Source: Erysipelotrichaceae bacterium OH741_COT-311
Lineage (GTDB): Bacteria > Bacillota_I > Bacilli_A > Erysipelotrichales > Erysipelotrichaceae
Length of the DNA stretch: 32,000 bases
Assembly: GCA_003858585.1 (NCBI GenBank)
Contig: RQZE01000008.1
Span: forward strand, 1 to 32,000
Direction of reading: 5' to 3'
Shown here: in pieces, positions 26,981 to 32,000 of the stretch
Layout of the letters: every line of letters starts with the position of its first letter
Numbering within the stretch: the first letter of the stretch is position 1
Notes under the pieces: model-generated
What the model saw: only the letters and a program-made list of their open reading frames with translations
Told to the model about the DNA's origin: nothing
The model's database searches: none
Position numbers and translations under genes: made by a program

Positions 26981-27874
26981 TTATCGTATGTGTTCAATAA
27001 TCTTTAACAACTCGCTGTTTTCCGGTAATAACACATACTCCATCAACACACTATATGGACAATACTGTTTCATATAATATTGAAACAACTGTAAATAACC
27101 TAACACCAATTGCACATTACGATCATGAAGATCTTTTATCGTATGTGCCAAAACAAATGTAATCTTCCCTTCTTGATAACGATATAAAAGATAAGGGTTG
27201 CCTTTCATCGCAATGAAGTCCGGATGATCCAGTTGATATTGTTTGATCACTTTCTTTAAACCTGAAGGATTTTCTTCTAGATAAGTAAGAGCCTTTATTT
27301 CTTTAAAACTATTTAAAATCGCCACACGAACTTCTTCATGCTCAATGACATCATGACTTACTTCATGTTCCAAAGAAGACCATAAATCAATGCCGTTTTC
27401 TTTTGCCTTCTGTAAGATTTTAAACGTAATTTGACTATCCTGACGATCTAGATATACAAAGCTTTCCAGTTTATTGGAAATCTCTAATCCCAATTCACTT
27501 GGATAAATCGGACTTTGAAAAAATACTACATGCGTTAAATACAAACTATTTAATTTCTTTGGTAAACGCTCTTGTTTTAGAATCTTGGTAATTCCCTCTT
27601 GAAAACGTTCTAAGCTACGATAACCATTTTGACTTCCATAGACATCCCACATCTTCTTGATTGACATATTACCCTGTTTTACAAGTCGTCCATAACCTAA
27701 AATCCCTTTTTCTTTTTTACTATCACACTTCGTTAAGAAGAATAATAAATCCCCTTCTTTAAAATCTTTAAATTGTTTACTGCTTTCCAAACGCCAAAAA
27801 TTCATCGTTGTGCTACCATTTAAACGATGAAATTCTAATATAGTACGATCTGTGATATACGCAATGGATGCCAT
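26981..27874 (-). CDS. Uncharacterised 297-aa partner of the CARF nuclease (possible PUA/EVE-like N-terminal barrel, possible PD-ExK-like C-terminus)
   Basis: The start ATG is 1 nt after the stop of the upstream gene, so the two are tightly coupled. The N-terminus 'NFWRLESSKQFKDFKEGDLLFF...KGILGYGRL' resembles small beta-barrel reader domains. The C-terminus 'HPDFIAMKGNPYLLYRYQEGKITFVL' could be a PD..ExK motif. Both domain ideas are tentative. Confidence 0.6.
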   Translation of the reverse strand: MASIAYITDRTILEFHRLNGSTTMNFWRLESSKQFKDFKEGDLLFFLTKCDSKKEKGILGYGRLVKQGNMSIKKMWDVYGSQNGYRSLERFQEGITKILKQERLPKKLNSLYLTHVVFFQSPIYPSELGLEISNKLESFVYLDRQDSQITFKILQKAKENGIDLWSSLEHEVSHDVIEHEEVRVAILNSFKEIKALTYLEENPSGLKKVIKQYQLDHPDFIAMKGNPYLLYRYQEGKITFVLAHTIKDLHDRNVQLVLGYLQLFQYYMKQYCPYSVLMEYVLLPENSELLKIIEHIR

Positions 27875-27875
27875 C

Positions 27876-29060
27876 TTACATTACCTTTTTATACTCATAT
27901 GTATTATTACATATTTCTTGCACTTTCTTAACTAATAAATCATTTTTTAAATCATAAGAATCAATAATATAAATACCTAATTCCTTAGCCTTATTATAAA
28001 TAATTGGATTGCTTTTAGAAACATGGGCACCTGTAACAATAATACACTTGGAATAACTATTACCAAAAATAATCGAATGCAACTTTATTTCATTTAATGC
28101 TTCCGCATCTACCTTATTCATCTTACAAGAGATAAAGATGGGATACATATCCTTACAAGCCAAGACATCAATTTCACAACGCGCATCATTTCCGGCATTA
28201 ATTCTACCATCATAATCAATGATGGCGCTTACCATACAATCATCTAAAAATCCACTTTGTTTTAACTTGATGTAGGTATAGTTTTCAAGCCACGCTCCGG
28301 CATCTTTAAATAAGTGTTTGATGATTTTATTCTTAAAGGACATCATACTCTTTTGCTTATCAAAATAGAGTAAATCTAAATTTTCCAACTGATGGAAGAC
28401 TTTATTATCAATCATCCATACTTGATTCTTAGGAATATATAACTTGGTATCTGCAATATTATTTTTTTCAATACTCATCAATTTAATAAAATCACTCATC
28501 ACGTTGGTAAAATAGCGAAAATCATACTGAATGATTTCAAAGACACGAAGAACATCATTGACTAATTCATGATTATTTAAATCAATTTGATAGTGTTGAG
28601 TATTACTAATCTTAGAACCACTTAAAAAGATGAGATCTGCAATACTTAACTTAGGATACTTAAAGATGGCTTTAATATCCTTACTACCACTTACATTCAT
28701 CATATCTTTATGATCATGGTCAATAAAGAAAGTACGGTACCCCTTTTTATTACAAGCCGTTGACATGTTGATTAAATCAATGCCATAGCCTCCTGTTAAA
28801 TTAACATAGACATCTTGATGGATGGTTTCTAAAATGGGATATAAATTTTCTAAGCGTGAATTTACAATGTGATGAATTCTTACTTTACAGTTTCTATTCT
28901 TTTCAATGATTTGTTTGAGACTATCGATTTTAGCAGATGGTTTTTGATTGACACAAATAAAATGGACTTCTTGAAAATCCAAAGCCAAGGCTGCCGTAAC
29001 ATTTTTTAAATAGTCGTTATCATAGATTTCAATTAAGGTTTTCATACTAGCATTATACAC
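27876..29060 (-). CDS. Card1/Can2-like CARF-domain + PD-(D/E)xK (DUF1887-type) nuclease
   Basis: The N-terminal Rossmann-like half ends in 'VYVNLTGGYGIDLINM', a CARF-type TGG loop. The C-terminal half has 'GAWLENYTYIKLKQSG', 'ARCEIDVLACK' and 'PIFISCKMNK', matching the G-x-W-[FL]-E / E-x-D / x-C-K core of Card1-like endonuclease domains. The true start may be the ATG at 29045 (MKTLIEIY...), because a TATAAT lies 6 nt upstream of it and neither start has an RBS. Confidence 0.75.
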   Translation of the reverse strand: MYNASMKTLIEIYDNDYLKNVTAALALDFQEVHFICVNQKPSAKIDSLKQIIEKNRNCKVRIHHIVNSRLENLYPILETIHQDVYVNLTGGYGIDLINMSTACNKKGYRTFFIDHDHKDMMNVSGSKDIKAIFKYPKLSIADLIFLSGSKISNTQHYQIDLNNHELVNDVLRVFEIIQYDFRYFTNVMSDFIKLMSIEKNNIADTKLYIPKNQVWMIDNKVFHQLENLDLLYFDKQKSMMSFKNKIIKHLFKDAGAWLENYTYIKLKQSGFLDDCMVSAIIDYDGRINAGNDARCEIDVLACKDMYPIFISCKMNKVDAEALNEIKLHSIIFGNSYSKCIIVTGAHVSKSNPIIYNKAKELGIYIIDSYDLKNDLLVKKVQEICNNTYEYKKVM

Positions 29061-29138
29061 TAAATAAAGACGTTATTTCACCCTTAAAAAGAAAGTCATT
29101 GTAACGTATAATAAGAATACCCTAGAAAGGAGAACCAG

Positions 29139-30632
29139 ATGTACGTAGCGATTGATTTAAAATCCTTTTATGCCTCCGTAGAATGTCAAAAAAGAGGATT
29201 AAACCCCTTAACTACCCACTTAGTTGTCGCTGATGAAAGTCGCAGTGAAAAAACGATTTGTCTTGCAGTATCTCCTTCTTTAAAATCTTTAGGGATAAAA
29301 GGAAGACCACGTTTATTTGAAGTATTAGCGAAAATCAAAGAAGAAAATCGTAAACGTTTCAAAGAAAATCGTTATCGAGCATTCACAAAAAAATCCTATG
29401 ACAGTAAAGTGTTGGAATGCGATCCAAGCAGTCAAATAGACCTTGTTATTGCAACACCCCATATGCAACAATACATTGATGTAAGTAATGAAATATATAA
29501 CGTGTATTTAAACTTTGTATCCAGTCAGGATATTCATATTTATTCGATTGATGAAGTGTTTATCGATGTAAGTAGTTATCTTTCTATTTATAATTTATCC
29601 GCTTATGAATTAACCCTACGCATGATTGAAGAAGTATTAAGAAAAACAGGCATTACCGCAACAGCAGGCATTGGAACAAATTTATATCTTGCCAAAGTGG
29701 CAATGGATATTATGGCAAAAAAGATGAAACCAAATGAAAATGGTGTGCGCATTGCCTTTTTAGATGAACAACGTTACCGCAAAGAGCTATGGCATCATAA
29801 ACCCATTACAGATTTTTGGCGTGTTGGTCATGGATATCAAAAACGCTTAGCGGAGCTTGGTTTATATACCATGTATGATGTTGCCAAGTGTTCTTTAGGA
29901 AAAAGTAGTGACTATCACAATGAAGATTTACTCTATAAAACCTTTGGAATCAATGCAGAATTATTGATTGATCATGCTTGGGGTTATGAATCCTGTACTA
30001 TGCAGGATATAAAAGACTATAAACCTCAACATCGTAGTCTTGGCTCAGGTCAAGTCCTACATGAAGTCTATAACTTTGAAGATGCTTTATTGGTTGTCAA
30101 GGAAATGGTAGATCAATTAGCGCTGGATCTAACGGAAAAACAATTAGTAACCAATCAACTGGTATTAACTGTTGGATATGATACTTGTAATGTGGATAAG
30201 TATTTCCAAGGAAATACTACGATAGATCCTTATGGACGTAAGCTCCCTAAAAACGCCCATGGAAGTATCAAGCTGCCTTATTATACTTATTGTTCTTCCC
30301 TTATGACTTCCTCCATTGAAACCCTGTTTCATCAAATTGTAAAGTCTGACTTATGGATCAAACGGTTAAATATTTCATTGATGAATGTCATAACAAAACA
30401 GGAAGCCAATCAGAAAATAGAAGTTGCACAAGTAAGTATCTTTGATACAGCACAATTCTTAGATCAACAAAAAAACCTAGATAAAGATAGAAAGCGTGAA
30501 GAACAATTACAGGCTTCTTTACTTAAGATTAAAAAGAAATATGGAAAAAATGCTATCTTAAAAGCAAGAAGTTTTACCGAAAAGGCAACTGCTAAACAAC
30601 GTAATCAACAAATTGGGGGACATAAAGCATGA
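29139..30632 (+). CDS. Y-family (UmuC/UvrX/ImpB-type) translesion DNA polymerase
   Basis: 497 aa. 'VAIDLKSFYASVEC' (motif I), 'YSIDEVFIDV' (motif III catalytic DE), 'GIGTNLYLAKVA'. AAAGGAG RBS and TATAAT at 29107-29112. Confidence 0.92.
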   Translation: MYVAIDLKSFYASVECQKRGLNPLTTHLVVADESRSEKTICLAVSPSLKSLGIKGRPRLFEVLAKIKEENRKRFKENRYRAFTKKSYDSKVLECDPSSQIDLVIATPHMQQYIDVSNEIYNVYLNFVSSQDIHIYSIDEVFIDVSSYLSIYNLSAYELTLRMIEEVLRKTGITATAGIGTNLYLAKVAMDIMAKKMKPNENGVRIAFLDEQRYRKELWHHKPITDFWRVGHGYQKRLAELGLYTMYDVAKCSLGKSSDYHNEDLLYKTFGINAELLIDHAWGYESCTMQDIKDYKPQHRSLGSGQVLHEVYNFEDALLVVKEMVDQLALDLTEKQLVTNQLVLTVGYDTCNVDKYFQGNTTIDPYGRKLPKNAHGSIKLPYYTYCSSLMTSSIETLFHQIVKSDLWIKRLNISLMNVITKQEANQKIEVAQVSIFDTAQFLDQQKNLDKDRKREEQLQASLLKIKKKYGKNAILKARSFTEKATAKQRNQQIGGHKA

Positions 30633-31045
30633 GTCAAGATGAACTTTCTTATACACAAACCTATGTAAAGTCGAAACGTCATCCATGGATGTCTAATTTT
30701 GATCGTGCTGCTCAATTTGCCCCGTTTGCCGCTTTAACCGGACACAAGGAAACCTTAGATGAAACTGCTCGTTATGTTTCTAAAAAACGATCGTTAAGTC
30801 AAGATGCTTTCGATTTATTAAATCAAAAAATTCAACTGCTCATACAGCATAAAGAGGAAAACCCTTTGATTACCGTTACCTATTTTTTAAAAGACTCTTT
30901 AAAAGAAGGTGGATGTTATGTCACGCTTTCTTCAACAATGCGTAACATAGATCATCAAGGTTACTTACATCTGGAAGATGATACAAAGATTTTACTTGAT
31001 GATATTTTGGAAATAGACTCTTCCTTATTTCAGGACTATTTCTAA
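30629..31045 (+). CDS. YolD-like protein (UmuD-equivalent accessory of Firmicutes Y-polymerases)
   Basis: 138 aa with a 4-nt ATGA overlap with the polymerase gene. 'RHPWMSNFDRAAQFAPFAALTGH' resembles the YolD-family core. The gene order matches the uvrX-yolD / yqjW-yqzH type. Confidence 0.65.
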   Translation: MSQDELSYTQTYVKSKRHPWMSNFDRAAQFAPFAALTGHKETLDETARYVSKKRSLSQDAFDLLNQKIQLLIQHKEENPLITVTYFLKDSLKEGGCYVTLSSTMRNIDHQGYLHLEDDTKILLDDILEIDSSLFQDYF

Positions 31046-31413
31046 ACAAAATCTACGTTTATTATCCTAATACATTGTCTATATGATAGAATAAGATAAA
31101 AGAATTTCATATTTTATTCAAGCTACAAGGAGTAATCAAACCATAAAGACCTTAAAAAAGATTATTACCAAAAAATTTATTAATCACTTAGCATTTGCCT
31201 CAAATTTTGCTGTATTTATTTCAAGTTTTTTCTTTCAAAATTATATATATGTAGTGATATTATATTTGATTTTCTTATTGGTTACTATCATATGTAAACT
31301 AATTATAAAAGATACAAAAGATATTGTATTTGATTTGTTTTTGATGCTGTTTGTGATACTGCTTATAGTATTAAGACAAATGAACATGATTTAATAAACA
31401 AAAAGGATATTCA

Positions 31414-32000
31414 CTAGTAAGTAGATGAAGATCCTTTTTTAAATTGCATTTTAATAATTGCCATCTTAAAGATGTCATCTCCAATTTTGGCTAAAAAGCG
31501 ATGCAGAAATCCAATGGAAGGCACTTTCATATCATAGTAACCTAACATATAACCTTTGCTAGATACTTCAGTAGTTGAAAACCACTGTATCTCTTTTAGA
31601 TTTTCAACGTAGAAATAACCTCCGACATCTTTAATACCCATGTTCTTAAGTGTTTTTGACAACATCAATTTTAATCCTTTTTTACCAACCGTATCAAACA
31701 CCAAGACTCCACCGGGAAACTTTAAAGACATCTTATGAAGTAAAGTTTTTACTTCTTCCTTTTGAAAATAATGAAAAACGCCAGCTGCAAAAAAGAATAC
31801 GCCTTGACTTCCATCAATCTCATCCATCCAACGTTCATCTTTTAAATCCATCGCAATGTTTCTTTCATTCTCACTTAGTGGTATTAGACAATTACGGACT
31901 TCAATAATCTTTGGAAAATCAATATTTACAATACGACATTGTCCATTATCACATGTCTTACCTGTTTGATCTAAACCACATCCTAGATTCACAATGGTAG
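31414..32000 (-). CDS. Class I SAM-dependent methyltransferase (LCM/TcmP-like), N-terminus probably beyond the window
   Basis: 'VNLGCGLD' SAM motif I appears at the very start of the visible ORF, followed by 'VFFFAAGVFHYF' (post-I/II). The ORF runs to the window edge. Confidence 0.7.
   Translation of the reverse strand, partial: TIVNLGCGLDQTGKTCDNGQCRIVNIDFPKIIEVRNCLIPLSENERNIAMDLKDERWMDEIDGSQGVFFFAAGVFHYFQKEEVKTLLHKMSLKFPGGVLVFDTVGKKGLKLMLSKTLKNMGIKDVGGYFYVENLKEIQWFSTTEVSSKGYMLGYYDMKVPSIGFLHRFLAKIGDDIFKMAIIKMQFKKGSSSTY

Noticed and set aside
29061-29138. LexA (Cheo) box expected upstream of the Y-family polymerase operon
   Set aside because: No GAAC-N4-GTTC-like palindrome is present in the 78-bp divergent promoter region, so no SOS box is annotated.
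21977-32000. Defined integrative element with integrase and att repeats
   Set aside because: The window has no recombinase, relaxase or conjugation gene, and I found no flanking direct repeats. The region is described only as a mosaic of mobile-element remnants.

Overview
AT-rich (visually about 30% GC) Firmicutes-type chromosomal window with three parts. (1) Origin-proximal housekeeping genes, mostly on the minus strand: tatD, mnmE, then mnmG, a ThyX-like gene, a lipoprotein, rsmG, noc, parA, parB, and folA on the plus strand. (2) A complete type II-A CRISPR-Cas locus on the minus strand (cas9, tracrRNA, cas1, cas2, csn2, 46-bp leader, 60-repeat array, 4081-14281). Copies of a 'repeat-end + flank' junction bracket the whole module. 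(3) A mosaic accessory region (about 22.0-32.0 kb) with no integrase in view. It holds a decayed BRO-N/DinD-like paralogue fused to a truncated RepA_N gene, a GC-richer five-gene operon (small membrane protein, two GNATs, ParB/Srx-like protein, P-loop ATPase), an intact BRO-N/DinD-like gene, an orphan two-gene operon encoding a Card1/Can2-like CARF + PD-(D/E)xK nuclease with an uncharacterised 297-aa partner, a divergent Y-family polymerase/YolD-like pair, and a partial methyltransferase. The best candidate for an undescribed system is the CARF-nuclease pair, because the window has no type III CRISPR genes or any recognisable nucleotide cyclase. Other points of interest are an orphan riboswitch-like leader at 2.5-2.7 kb, a ThyX-fold protein with an altered RHR motif coupled to mnmG, and a conserved leader motif shared by two island transcription units. 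All protein calls rest on motif recognition by eye; no database search was possible.
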